Assembly (NCBI GenBank): GCA_045580735.1
Contig: JAZNOJ010000065.1
Coordinates: forward strand, 1 to 58,671
DNA length: 58,671 nt
Source of the DNA: Candidatus Egerieisoma sp.
Lineage (GTDB): Bacteria; Bacillota; Clostridia; UBA1212; UBA1255
Direction of reading: 5' to 3'
The notes under the pieces are model-generated. The model ran no database searches. It was not told where the DNA came from and saw nothing but the letters and a program-made list of their open reading frames with translations. Shown piece by piece: positions 41,034 through 51,050 of this stretch (its first letter is position 1; each line of letters starts with the position of its first letter). Made by a program: the position numbers and the translations under genes.

Positions 41034-43097
41034 TCACCCTCCTGCTTGTATGCCCCTGTATAGAACAGAATTCATCAAATCTACCTTCTGTCCATTTTTT
41101 TGAATTATAAAATTATTTCTATCTTTTCGAAGTATTAATCCAAGCTCTGTAAAAATATCTAAGCCAGCTCTTATAGAATACCAAGAGCATTTTATCCCTG
41201 CATTCTTCATTATCCCTCTAACACGATAGATTTCCGAAAATTTAAAGCCTTCCCCACAGCTCAAAAGAATTTTGTACATATAAGCTAGCATTTTTCGCTC
41301 TAAAGCAAAACCACCAACTGTTATATATCGGCTATTATACACACATTTAACGATGTTATCAATATTATAATCTTCATCAAATATATCTGATACAATTAAT
41401 GATACTCTTTCTTGACCTTGCCAACAGTTTATTTGAAGCCTGCATATTACACTACAGGTAGAATTTATCTGCTTCACCATCGTTTCAAAGCTTCCCTTTG
41501 AAAAAGCTATTGCATCTATTATGAGATTATCTCCTTTTGGAGATTCAGCAGAAAAGGATAATTTAAGATGTTTTCCGTTATCTCCAACCTTATGACAATA
41601 ATTTATTTTTAAATTTCTCACACAAATGAGGGGTTCCGGGTTTCCCGTTCCAAAAGGCTCGAGTTCTATAATTCTACGGACATTTTCAATAGTAATTTCG
41701 TGTGGCTGTGCCACTGCATCTATTTCAATATTTGGGGGCTTTAATAATGCTTCAGGATGTTCCTTTGCATATTTATTCATTGCATCTACAAGCCGTCGTA
41801 AATTATCCTTCTTTACACAAAGACCTGCAGCCATTTCATGTCCGCCAAACCTTTCTAAAATTGCAGCACAGGTTGTTAATGCCTCATGAATATTAAACCC
41901 ATCAACAGATCGTGCTGAGCCCTTTGCTATATCGTCCTCTAAAGAAAAAACAAAGGCAGGTTTACCATATTTTTCAACTAATTTGGATGCTACTATTCCT
42001 ATAACACCATGATGCCAACCCTCTCCTACCGATATCACAACTGCATCATCGCTCATCGTGATTAAATGCTCCTGTGATATAGCCTTTTCAGCAATTTCAT
42101 TCTCTGTTTCTTTTCTTTTTTCATTTTCTGACATAAGCTCTTTAGCAAGCTCCATAGACTCTTGAGCATCCTCTGAAATTAATAAATCAAAAGCTCTTCT
42201 AGCATTACCCAAACGCCCTGCAGCATTAATTTTGGGAACAATCTGAAATGATATGAATGTTGATGATATATTAGGTTCTGTGTTACGCCCTTCAGAAATA
42301 ATCTGCATTAAGCTTTTTATTCCCGGCCAGGAATAATCAGAGAAATGTTCCATTCCATATTTGACTATTATTCTATTGTCCCCATCTAAAGGAACAATAT
42401 CACCTAGTGTTCCTATCATAACAATTGGAATATAACAAAATATCTCCTCGGAAAGTCCTAATGTTTCCGCTAAACCTCTTATTAATGTATAAGCTACTCC
42501 GGCACCACAAAGATGTGAAACAGGAGTTTTTTCTTTTATTATACAAGGATTTACAACAGCACAGCAATCTGGCAATTGCTCAGCGCATCTATGGTGATCT
42601 GTTACAACAACATCTATGCCCAATTCCTTAGCGTGCTGTATCTCATCAAAAGCCACTATTCCGTTATCCACCGTTACAATTAAAGATACGCCCATCTCTG
42701 ATAGCTTATCAATAGCTGTGCAAGACATTCCATACCCTTCGTTTATTCTGTCCGGTATGTAACATATTACATTAGCCGCCATTATATTTTGCAAAAAATG
42801 GAATAAAATCGCTGATGCAGTAACTCCATCGGCGTCATAATCACCAAAAACAGCTATACATTCCTCGTCCTCTATTGCTGTTAATATTCTATCTATTGCC
42901 TTGTCCATATCTGGAAGAGAATAAGGATCAGATAAATCCTCTAATGAACCAACCTTTCCCTCAATACCTCGTTTGAACATGATTTCCTCAACAAAAGACG
43001 GCGCACATTCTTTAGCATTACATTCCGCTATGTACGCATTGTGTTGATTGATGTCAAAAACCCATTGCTTATCAAACATGATATCGTTACTCTCCAT
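41034..43097 (-). CDS. recJ: ssDNA exonuclease RecJ
   Basis: GDYDADG, TDHH, INAAGRL, GGHEMAAG, PFGTGNPEP. Confidence 0.96.
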   Translation of the reverse strand: MESNDIMFDKQWVFDINQHNAYIAECNAKECAPSFVEEIMFKRGIEGKVGSLEDLSDPYSLPDMDKAIDRILTAIEDEECIAVFGDYDADGVTASAILFHFLQNIMAANVICYIPDRINEGYGMSCTAIDKLSEMGVSLIVTVDNGIVAFDEIQHAKELGIDVVVTDHHRCAEQLPDCCAVVNPCIIKEKTPVSHLCGAGVAYTLIRGLAETLGLSEEIFCYIPIVMIGTLGDIVPLDGDNRIIVKYGMEHFSDYSWPGIKSLMQIISEGRNTEPNISSTFISFQIVPKINAAGRLGNARRAFDLLISEDAQESMELAKELMSENEKRKETENEIAEKAISQEHLITMSDDAVVISVGEGWHHGVIGIVASKLVEKYGKPAFVFSLEDDIAKGSARSVDGFNIHEALTTCAAILERFGGHEMAAGLCVKKDNLRRLVDAMNKYAKEHPEALLKPPNIEIDAVAQPHEITIENVRRIIELEPFGTGNPEPLICVRNLKINYCHKVGDNGKHLKLSFSAESPKGDNLIIDAIAFSKGSFETMVKQINSTCSVICRLQINCWQGQERVSLIVSDIFDEDYNIDNIVKCVYNSRYITVGGFALERKMLAYMYKILLSCGEGFKFSEIYRVRGIMKNAGIKCSWYSIRAGLDIFTELGLILRKDRNNFIIQKNGQKVDLMNSVLYRGIQAGG

Positions 43098-43121
43098 TCA
43101 AAAAATACATGGTTAAGAATA

Positions 43122-44687
43122 TCATATTTTAGTAGGAAATACAAACTTAAATGTTGTTAATCCATTAGCTACACTGCTTACTGAAATACCTATTTCATGT
43201 CTGCTTGCTATTTGCTTAGCTATAGCAAGTCCTAAGCCTGTACCATTTTTATTTTGTTCAGAACGTGATTTGTAAAATCTTTCAAAAATATATGGTAAAT
43301 CCTCTTTTTTGATTCCCTCTCCCACATTTGTTATGGACACTTCGTTTTCTTGGAGCTGTATTATTACAATGTCATTATTGTCTTTTGTGAATTTTATTGC
43401 ATTATCAATTATAATTAGAAACATCTGCCTTATTCTATCATAATCACCCATCATCATAAAACATACTGTGTCATTTACAAATTCTATTTTCACTTCTTTT
43501 TCCTGTGCAACTCTTCTCGCACTCCTAACAGCATCATTAAGGCAATCATAAAGATTAAATTCCTGAATATTAATACTAAAATCAGGATTTTGTAATCTAG
43601 ATAAATCAAGCATGTCATTTACCATACGCTGCATATACATGCTTTCATTAAGCATTTGTGTATGATATTCTTCAACCATTGAAGGCTCTGTGACTACACC
43701 ATCACATAAGGCCTCTAATGAACCTCTTATTACTGTAACCGGAGTTCTCAATTCGTGTGAAATATTTGCCACAAAATCTTGCCTCATTTGCTGAAGCTTT
43801 TGACCTTCATTTTCAGCTTGCTGTAGCTTTTCTCCCATTTCGTCCATTGTTTCAGCCAGCTCTCCAATTTCATCGTTACAAGTCACGTTCGTTTTTGCTA
43901 AATATTCACCCTCTGATATACGCAGAGCCGTTTCATTAATCTTTTTTAAAGGCTTTACTATCATTCTAGATATTATCACAGATAGTAATGTTCCTACAAT
44001 AATTGCTAAACCTAGGCTTGTAATAAGAATTAGAATACCATTTTCAACGCTTTCTATCATACTTGTTTTAGGACTGTGAAGAAGAACTGCTCCCACAACA
44101 TTATTAGTATCTAAATATACAGGCACACCCATAGTTAGTGTATCCTCTGGAAATATTTCTGAAAAGCTCTCTCCATACACATCGTAACCAGTACCCTCAA
44201 ATATTTTTCTTATAAATTCTTTTGCGTTTTCAGGTAAAGCTTCAAATATATATTCATTTGCGTATCCGTTGCTTGGTTCATGTGTTGTTGTAAATATATT
44301 TCCAGAAGAATCTATCAACCATACCTCAGCATCAGTCAGCTCCTTTATTGACCTAATTAGTCTTGGTCCATCAATATAAATAGCCCCTGATTCTATAGGT
44401 TTTCTTCTATCCTCAAAAATTTCATCATCATATAGTGGTTCTTGCTTATCCTTTTTACCAAAAACATCATCAAAGGAACTTGCTTTATCCTTTATTAAGC
44501 TTGAAATTATTGTTGAAATTGATACTGCTGTCTGCTCCATTTTCTCCTTATTTGTTATCTCTACATGCTTTTGAAACAACAACGCAAAAACAGAACCTAT
44601 TATTATAGCTACTATTAAAATTGAACAAGCAAAGCACATAATTAGTTTATTTGTTAAACTTCCTTTATGTTTTTTTGATGTACTCAT
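43122..44687 (-). CDS. Sensor histidine kinase (2 TM, HAMP, HisKA, HATPase)
   Basis: ISHELRTP, DNAIKF, GTGLGLAIA. Confidence 0.95.
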   Translation of the reverse strand: MSTSKKHKGSLTNKLIMCFACSILIVAIIIGSVFALLFQKHVEITNKEKMEQTAVSISTIISSLIKDKASSFDDVFGKKDKQEPLYDDEIFEDRRKPIESGAIYIDGPRLIRSIKELTDAEVWLIDSSGNIFTTTHEPSNGYANEYIFEALPENAKEFIRKIFEGTGYDVYGESFSEIFPEDTLTMGVPVYLDTNNVVGAVLLHSPKTSMIESVENGILILITSLGLAIIVGTLLSVIISRMIVKPLKKINETALRISEGEYLAKTNVTCNDEIGELAETMDEMGEKLQQAENEGQKLQQMRQDFVANISHELRTPVTVIRGSLEALCDGVVTEPSMVEEYHTQMLNESMYMQRMVNDMLDLSRLQNPDFSINIQEFNLYDCLNDAVRSARRVAQEKEVKIEFVNDTVCFMMMGDYDRIRQMFLIIIDNAIKFTKDNNDIVIIQLQENEVSITNVGEGIKKEDLPYIFERFYKSRSEQNKNGTGLGLAIAKQIASRHEIGISVSSVANGLTTFKFVFPTKI

Positions 44688-44701
44688 TTGTTTTACCCCG
44701 A

Positions 44702-45382
44702 TTACTTTATGGCAAATTTGTATCCTACTCCCCAAATTGTTTCTATTCCCCAGCCCTCAGGAGTATGCTCTTCAAGCTTTGCTCTAAGCCTTTTTATATG
44801 CGAGTCAACTGTTCTGCTATCTCCATAAAAATCAAAGCCCCAAAGCTTATCTAATAGGGAATCCCTTGAAAAAACTCTGTTTGCATTTGATGCAAGTGTC
44901 CACAAAATTTCTATTTCCTTCTTGGTTAGTCTGACTATTTCATTATTTATCTCTACTTCATAATTATCCAAGTTTATCTTTAAATTTCCACATGAAAATA
45001 CATTATTCTTCTCTGATTCTACATTAATTCTCCTTAAAATAGCTCTTACTCTAGCCATTACCTCTCCACACGAAAATGGCTTTACTATATAATCATCAGC
45101 CCCAATATCTAGGCCCATTATTTTTTCGAAATCCTCGCCTCTTGCTGTTATCATTATTATTGGAACATTTGATTTCCTTCTTATATCTCGACACACCTCA
45201 AACCCGTCTATTTTAGGCATCATCACATCAAGTAAAACAACATCAGGCTGAAAGCTATAAAATTTCCCGAGCGCATCTTCACCATCATAAGCCACCTGTG
45301 CAATATATCCTTCTTTTTTTGCGTATTCCATAAGCACTGAGGTAATTTGTTTATTATCATCTGCTATTAATATTTTTACCAT
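44702..45382 (-). CDS. OmpR-family response regulator
   Basis: ILIADD, LDVMMP, GADDYIVKPF, RTVDSHIKRLR, WGVGY. Confidence 0.96.
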   Translation of the reverse strand: MVKILIADDNKQITSVLMEYAKKEGYIAQVAYDGEDALGKFYSFQPDVVLLDVMMPKIDGFEVCRDIRRKSNVPIIMITARGEDFEKIMGLDIGADDYIVKPFSCGEVMARVRAILRRINVESEKNNVFSCGNLKINLDNYEVEINNEIVRLTKKEIEILWTLASNANRVFSRDSLLDKLWGFDFYGDSRTVDSHIKRLRAKLEEHTPEGWGIETIWGVGYKFAIK

Positions 45383-45686
45383 TATCTTCACCTCAACAAT
45401 GTTTTTATCTATTTCCAACTATATCATGTATTTCCAACAGTCTACATATATACTACATTAAATCTGTGGCAAATTAATGTCAACCATTACAATACAATTT
45501 ATTTTTTTCATATCTGTTTTTTGATGAAAGATTATCGTTTTCTAAAGTAATTTTAATGATATTTTTGTGTATTCCACCCTCACGCTTTTTTTAAGCATTT
45601 CAATACTAAACAAATAATTGACTTTAATGTCTTTTGGCTTTATTATTAGGAAGTTGAAGTTTATTAAATATTGAGAGGTAAAATTT

Positions 45687-47156
45687 ATGTCTGTAACCAG
45701 AACAAGATTTGCGCCGAGTCCTACGGGATATATGCATATCGGCAACCTAAGAACTGCACTTTATGAATACCTTATTGCACGTTCACAAGGTGGACAGTTT
45801 ATTTTAAGAATAGAAGATACTGACCAAGAGCGTTTTGTTGAGGGCTCCATGGATGTTATTTATAAAACACTCGAAATGACAGGGATTACCTACGATGAGG
45901 GTCCTGGCATTGGCGGTGAATATGGTCCATATATTCAAAGCGAGCGTCGTGGCTTATATCTTGATTACGCAAAACAGCTCGTTGAAAAAAAAGCAGCATA
46001 TTACTGTTTCTGCACAAAGGAACGTCTAGAATCTCTTAAAACTAATGATGGTGAGCTTGGTTCAGCCTTCAATTATGATAGGCATTGTTTGACTTTATCT
46101 CAAGAAGAAATAGAAAAAAATCTTGCAGAGGGCAAGCCTTATGTTATCCGTCAATTTGTTCCTAGGGAAGGAAAGACAACTTTTCATGATGTCGTTTACG
46201 GTGATATTACGGTGGATAACGAAACCTTAGATGATCAAATTCTCATAAAATCCGATGGTCTTCCAACATATAACTTTGCTAATGTTGTAGACGACCACCT
46301 AATGAAAATTACACATGTTGTAAGAGGTAATGAATATCTTTCATCTACTCCTAAATATAATATTCTTTATGAGGCATTCGGATGGGAGATACCAACATAT
46401 GTTCATGTTCCAAGTGTTATGAAGGATGCTCAGCATAAGCTTTCTAAGAGAAACGGTGATGCTTCTTTCCAAGATTTGATTGAAAAAGGCTATTTAGCTG
46501 AAGCAATTTTAAACTACATTGCCCTTCTCGGCTGGAGTCCAGGAGGAACAAGAGAATTCTTTACTCTTAAAGAGCTTGAAGAAAACTTCACAATCGAGGG
46601 TCTCAGTAAATCACCATCTATTTTTGATATTGAAAAATTAAAATGGATGAATGCTGAATATATCAGAAAGGCATCTTTAGAGGATTTTATTGAGATGTCA
46701 AAACCATATTTATTGGCTGCACTTGGCGAAAATTCTTCCCTTGATTTAAATAAAATAGCAGCCTTAATACAACAGAGAACCGAAATTCTGACAGATATTC
46801 CTGAAAAAATTGACTTCTTTAAAGAGCTTCCGGAATATGATACAGAAATTTATTGCCACAAAAAAATGAAGACAGACAAGGAAAATTCAAAGGAAAATTT
46901 AAAGAAAATTATAGAGTATTTTAAAGAAAATGAAGCTTCCTTAAAGGAAAAATGGCAATCCTCTGAGCTTTATTCAATTTTATGCGAATTAGCAGCTACA
47001 TGGGGAATTAAAAACGGTCAAATTTTATGGCCTGTAAGAACTGCGCTTTCTGGCAAACCTGTAAGTCCCGGTGGTGCAACGGAGCTTGCTGAAATTCTCG
47101 GCTATAATGAAACACTTAGAAGACTTGAAAAAGGTCTTGCATTACTAGAAGCCTAA
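45687..47156 (+). CDS. gltX: Glutamate--tRNA ligase
   Basis: [17 protein letters not shown]. Confidence 0.97.
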   Translation: MSVTRTRFAPSPTGYMHIGNLRTALYEYLIARSQGGQFILRIEDTDQERFVEGSMDVIYKTLEMTGITYDEGPGIGGEYGPYIQSERRGLYLDYAKQLVEKKAAYYCFCTKERLESLKTNDGELGSAFNYDRHCLTLSQEEIEKNLAEGKPYVIRQFVPREGKTTFHDVVYGDITVDNETLDDQILIKSDGLPTYNFANVVDDHLMKITHVVRGNEYLSSTPKYNILYEAFGWEIPTYVHVPSVMKDAQHKLSKRNGDASFQDLIEKGYLAEAILNYIALLGWSPGGTREFFTLKELEENFTIEGLSKSPSIFDIEKLKWMNAEYIRKASLEDFIEMSKPYLLAALGENSSLDLNKIAALIQQRTEILTDIPEKIDFFKELPEYDTEIYCHKKMKTDKENSKENLKKIIEYFKENEASLKEKWQSSELYSILCELAATWGIKNGQILWPVRTALSGKPVSPGGATELAEILGYNETLRRLEKGLALLEA

Positions 47157-47179
47157 TTCTTCTGTGGGAGGAAAATTTT

Positions 47180-48856
47180 ATGGAATCAAATAATAATTTT
47201 ATACATGATATTGTTGAAGAGCATATCAAAGAGGGCGGAAAATATTATGGAAAAACAGTATATACACGTTTTCCACCTGAACCAAACGGCTACCTTCATA
47301 TAGGACATGCTAAAGCTATTTGTGTTGACTTTGGTACTGCTGAAAAATATGGCGGTTATTGTAATCTAAGATTCGATGACACCAATCCTACAAAGGAAGA
47401 TACTGAATATGTAGAGGCCATTATGAATGACGTTCACTGGTTAGGCTATGACTGGAAAGAAGTTTTGTATGCTTCTGACTATTTCCCACGTATGTACGAG
47501 TGCGCTGAAAATCTAATAAAACAAGGTCTTGCTTATGTTTGTGACCTTTCGGCTGATGAAACCCGTGAATATAGAGGTACTTTGACAGAACCAGGAAAAA
47601 ACAGTCCATACAGAGATCGTAGTGTTGAAGAAAATTTAGATTTATTTCGTCGAATGAAGGCAGGCGAATTTGCTGATGGCGAAAGAGTCCTTCGTGCAAA
47701 GATTGATATGGCTTCACCTAATATGAACATGCGCGATCCTGTTATATATAGAATTGTCCACATGACGCATCATCACACAGGTGATGAATGGTGTATTTAT
47801 CCAATGTACGATTTTGCTCACCCACTAGAAGATGCTTTTGAAGGAATTACCCATTCTCTTTGCGATTTAGGCTTTAAGGATCATAGACCTTTATATGACT
47901 GGGTAGTTGAAAAATGCGGTCCATTTGATCCTGCTCCTTGTCAAAACGAATTTGCCAGACTTAATATTACTTATACTCTTATGAGTAAACGTTACCTTCG
48001 CAGAATGGTTGAAGAAGGTATTGTAAATGGTTGGGATGATCCTCGTATGCCTACACTTTGTGGCTTAAGAAGAAGAGGTTATACACCTGCATCTATTAGG
48101 AACTTTATAGAAACTGTTGGTGTTTCAACAAGTCACAGTGTTGTTGATTATGGTCTGCTTGAATATTGTATTAGAGAAGATTTAAACAAAACCGCACCTC
48201 GTGGTATGGCTGTATTAGATCCTATCAAGCTCATAATTGATAATTACGAGCCTGGTGTAATTGAAGAGTTTGAAGCTGAGGTTAATCCTGAAAATCCTGA
48301 AATGGGCAACCGTAAAGTTACTTTTTCAAGAGAACTCTATATTGAACGTGATGACTTTATGATAGAGCCTGTTAAAGGATATTTTAGATTATTCCCAGGA
48401 AATGAGGTTCGTTTAAAATATGCTTATTATGTACGTGTTGTTTCTTACGAAACAGACGATGCAGGAAATGTTACAGTTGTTCACTGCACATATGATCCTG
48501 CTTCGAGAGGCGGATGGCTTCCTGAAAGAAAAGTAAAAGGAACAATACATTGGGTTTCTGCACACGATGCTGTTCCAGCAGAAATTCGTCTTTACGAGCA
48601 ACTCTTTACGGAAGCTGATCCAATGGATGATTCTGATGGCAGAGATTTCACACAAAAGCTTAACCCAAATTCTCTTAAAATATGCAAAAACGCTTTTGTT
48701 GAGCCTTATCTTGCTAATTGTGAAAAGAATGCTCATTTTCAATTCCTTAGGAGTGGTTTCTTTAGTAGTGATGACGATCATACTAAAGAAAAGCCAGTAT
48801 TTAATAGAACAGTTTCCTTAAAGGACAGCTGGAAAAAACAAACTGCAAAGGCTTGA
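47180..48856 (+). CDS. glnS: Glutamine--tRNA ligase
   Basis: [35 protein letters not shown]. Confidence 0.95.
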   Translation: MESNNNFIHDIVEEHIKEGGKYYGKTVYTRFPPEPNGYLHIGHAKAICVDFGTAEKYGGYCNLRFDDTNPTKEDTEYVEAIMNDVHWLGYDWKEVLYASDYFPRMYECAENLIKQGLAYVCDLSADETREYRGTLTEPGKNSPYRDRSVEENLDLFRRMKAGEFADGERVLRAKIDMASPNMNMRDPVIYRIVHMTHHHTGDEWCIYPMYDFAHPLEDAFEGITHSLCDLGFKDHRPLYDWVVEKCGPFDPAPCQNEFARLNITYTLMSKRYLRRMVEEGIVNGWDDPRMPTLCGLRRRGYTPASIRNFIETVGVSTSHSVVDYGLLEYCIREDLNKTAPRGMAVLDPIKLIIDNYEPGVIEEFEAEVNPENPEMGNRKVTFSRELYIERDDFMIEPVKGYFRLFPGNEVRLKYAYYVRVVSYETDDAGNVTVVHCTYDPASRGGWLPERKVKGTIHWVSAHDAVPAEIRLYEQLFTEADPMDDSDGRDFTQKLNPNSLKICKNAFVEPYLANCEKNAHFQFLRSGFFSSDDDHTKEKPVFNRTVSLKDSWKKQTAKA

Positions 48857-49459
48857 CATATTGTCGGCAACATAATCTGCTTTTGTTTTTTTAATATCTT
48901 GAATATATTGAATGTCGGTATTTCCTTCTGTGTATAAACAGCTGTATATACCGGCATTTTTTCCACTTAATACATCTATTTCTCTATCTCCTATCATTAT
49001 AGTTTCTTTTGGATTGAGATTATACCTATTAATCATATAAATAAGTGCGTTTGGGCATGGCTTATATGGAAATTTATGTTCCTCAGTAACAAAACCACTA
49101 AAATATTTCATCCAATCATGTTTTTCTAAATATTTAAACATAACTGCATCACGATGAGTATAGATAAAATTCTTTCCTCCGTTTTCTATAATTATTTTTA
49201 GCATTTCCTCTGCTCTCGGATATGGCTGCGCAATTGGAGAGGTCTCTATGTTTCCTTCTCGGCGATAAAATTCTTTCCATTCCTCGTCACTTGCCTTGCA
49301 ATAATTTCTTGCTTCTGTAAGAGTCCTTCTACTTTTTTCAAACAGTATATCATAATCACATAATTTTCCTCTTTCTGCCATATAGCTATGTAAAATGGCT
49401 ACTGTATGTGTATATGTATCAAATAATGTTCCATCAAAATCCCATATAAAATTTTTCAT
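48818..49459 (-). CDS. HAD-superfamily hydrolase
   Basis: [21 protein letters not shown]. Confidence 0.9.
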   Translation of the reverse strand: MKNFIWDFDGTLFDTYTHTVAILHSYMAERGKLCDYDILFEKSRRTLTEARNYCKASDEEWKEFYRREGNIETSPIAQPYPRAEEMLKIIIENGGKNFIYTHRDAVMFKYLEKHDWMKYFSGFVTEEHKFPYKPCPNALIYMINRYNLNPKETIMIGDREIDVLSGKNAGIYSCLYTEGNTDIQYIQDIKKTKADYVADNMSSLCSLFFPAVL

Positions 49460-49642
49460 TTTTACCTCCTAGAAATCTCACAGCAAAGAATTATATATTT
49501 TATAGATTATGAAGTTTATAAAACATTTTGTCAATAAAATATCTTTGTCATATAGAGAATAAAATCATAAACTAACATTTTATTGAAAAATTTTGCATAT
49601 CGTTGTAGAATAAAGTGTTTTATTAATTAGGAGGTTATCATT

Positions 49643-50566
49643 TTGATATATAATAACATTTTAGAAGCTATTGGCCATACACCAATAATTAAATTAAACA
49701 AGATGACTGATGCAGATTCTGCTGAAATTCTTGTAAAATATGAAGGCCTTAATGTAGGCGGCTCTATAAAAACGAGAACGGCATACAACATGATTTGCGA
49801 AGCTGAAAAGGCTGGCTTAATCAATAAAGATACAATAATAGTTGAACCTACTAGCGGAAACCAGGGAATAGGTCTTGCTCTCGTTGGTGCTGTAAAAGGC
49901 TACAAGGTTATAATAATCATGCCTGATTCTGTCAGCGAGGAACGCAGAAAGCTTGTAAAAAATTATGGTGCTGAGGTTATTCTCGTACATGATGGCGGAG
50001 ATATTGGCAAATGCATAGAAGAATGTCTTGAAACTGCCTTAAAGATGGAACGTGAAAATCCTAACGTTTATGTCCCACAGCAGTTTTCAAACCCAAATAA
50101 TCCTTTAGTCCATAAATATCACACAGCATTAGAAATTCTTGAACAAGCAGAAGGACCTATTGATGGCTTCTGTTCAGGCGTTGGAACGGGTGGTACGCTT
50201 TCAGGCATAGGCGATGTTCTTAAAAATCAATATCCAGATATTTTAATTTGGGCTGTTGAGCCTGAAAATGCTGCTATACTATCTGGAGGCAGTATCGGTA
50301 CCCATTTGCAGATGGGCATTGGAGATGGTTTGATTCCCGATAATTTAAATACGGAAATTTACAGTGATATATGTATTATAACTGATGAAGAGGCACTTGC
50401 TACTGCTAAAAGACTTGCTCGAGAAGAAGGAATTATGTGTGGAATTTCTAGCGGTACAAATGTTGCTGCTGCTATTAAAATGGCTAAAAAGCTCGGTAAA
50501 GGAAAAAGAGTAGTGACAATATTACCAGATACCGGTGAAAGATATTTTAGTACTGAATTATTTTAA
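49643..50566 (+). CDS. cysK: Cysteine synthase family (O-acetylserine thiol-lyase)
   Basis: GGSIKTR (PLP Lys), EPTSGNQG, GTGGT, PDTGERYFST, TTG start. Confidence 0.9.
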   Translation: MIYNNILEAIGHTPIIKLNKMTDADSAEILVKYEGLNVGGSIKTRTAYNMICEAEKAGLINKDTIIVEPTSGNQGIGLALVGAVKGYKVIIIMPDSVSEERRKLVKNYGAEVILVHDGGDIGKCIEECLETALKMERENPNVYVPQQFSNPNNPLVHKYHTALEILEQAEGPIDGFCSGVGTGGTLSGIGDVLKNQYPDILIWAVEPENAAILSGGSIGTHLQMGIGDGLIPDNLNTEIYSDICIITDEEALATAKRLAREEGIMCGISSGTNVAAAIKMAKKLGKGKRVVTILPDTGERYFSTELF

Positions 50567-50570
50567 TCAA

Positions 50571-50612
50571 AAGCTCCGAGGTTCATAGCAATTATGAATC
50601 CCGGAGCCTTTT
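50571..50612 (+). terminator. Terminator after cysK
   Basis: gctccg..ttcata/tatgaa..cggagc followed by a T-run. Confidence 0.65.
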
Positions 50613-50648
50613 TGTATCATTATGCTGAATATTTTAGAAAAAAATCAA

Positions 50649-50680
50649 AACACCTATTTCCAATAATGGAAATAGGTGTT
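50649..50680 (-). terminator. Terminator of the tRNA-Gln transcript
   Basis: Perfect 14-bp stem aacacctatttcca/tggaaataggtgtt, U-rich tail on the minus strand. Confidence 0.8.
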
Positions 50681-50754
50681 CCTTCGTTGTGGCTTGATAG
50701 GGAAATTTTTGAGAACCCAAATTCGAAGTGTTTCAAAAATCATTGCCCTGCCAA

Positions 50755-50830
50755 TGGCTGGGATGGCTGGATTCGAACCAGCGAAATGCCAGAGTCAAAG
50801 TCTGGTGCCTTACCGCTTGGCTACACCCCA
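50755..50830 (-). tRNA. tRNA-Gln (anticodon TTG), CCA encoded
   Basis: tggggtgtagccaagcggtaaggcaccagacTTTGactctggcatttcgctggttcgaatccagccatcccagcca folds as a cloverleaf. Confidence 0.97.
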
Positions 50831-50845
50831 ATAACAACTTTTAGG

Positions 50846-50874
50846 ATTATACTCTTTATTAACCGATATGTCAA
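50846..50874 (-). promoter_or_regulatory. Consensus sigmaA promoter of tRNA-Gln
   Basis: TTGACA-17-TATAAT. Confidence 0.85.
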
Positions 50875-51050
50875 GAATTTTTATGACTATTATTTAAAAT
50901 AATTTGATTTAGTTAATTTTCGAATTTAATGCTACTTTACGCTTGCGTTTACTTCTTTAAACAGTGACAAAAACAAATTAATTTAAAAAATTTTGTATTT
51001 ATATAAAATCGTGATATAATAAGCATATCTGTATATAAAGGAGGAGATTA

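Noticed and set aside
45420-45686. Possible T-box leader before gltX-glnS (also looked before cysK)
   Set aside because: No T-box consensus or leader terminator visible, and the regions are short and AT-rich
50594-50902. 102-aa plus-strand ORF
   Set aside because: Runs antisense across tRNA-Gln and its terminator, so it is spurious
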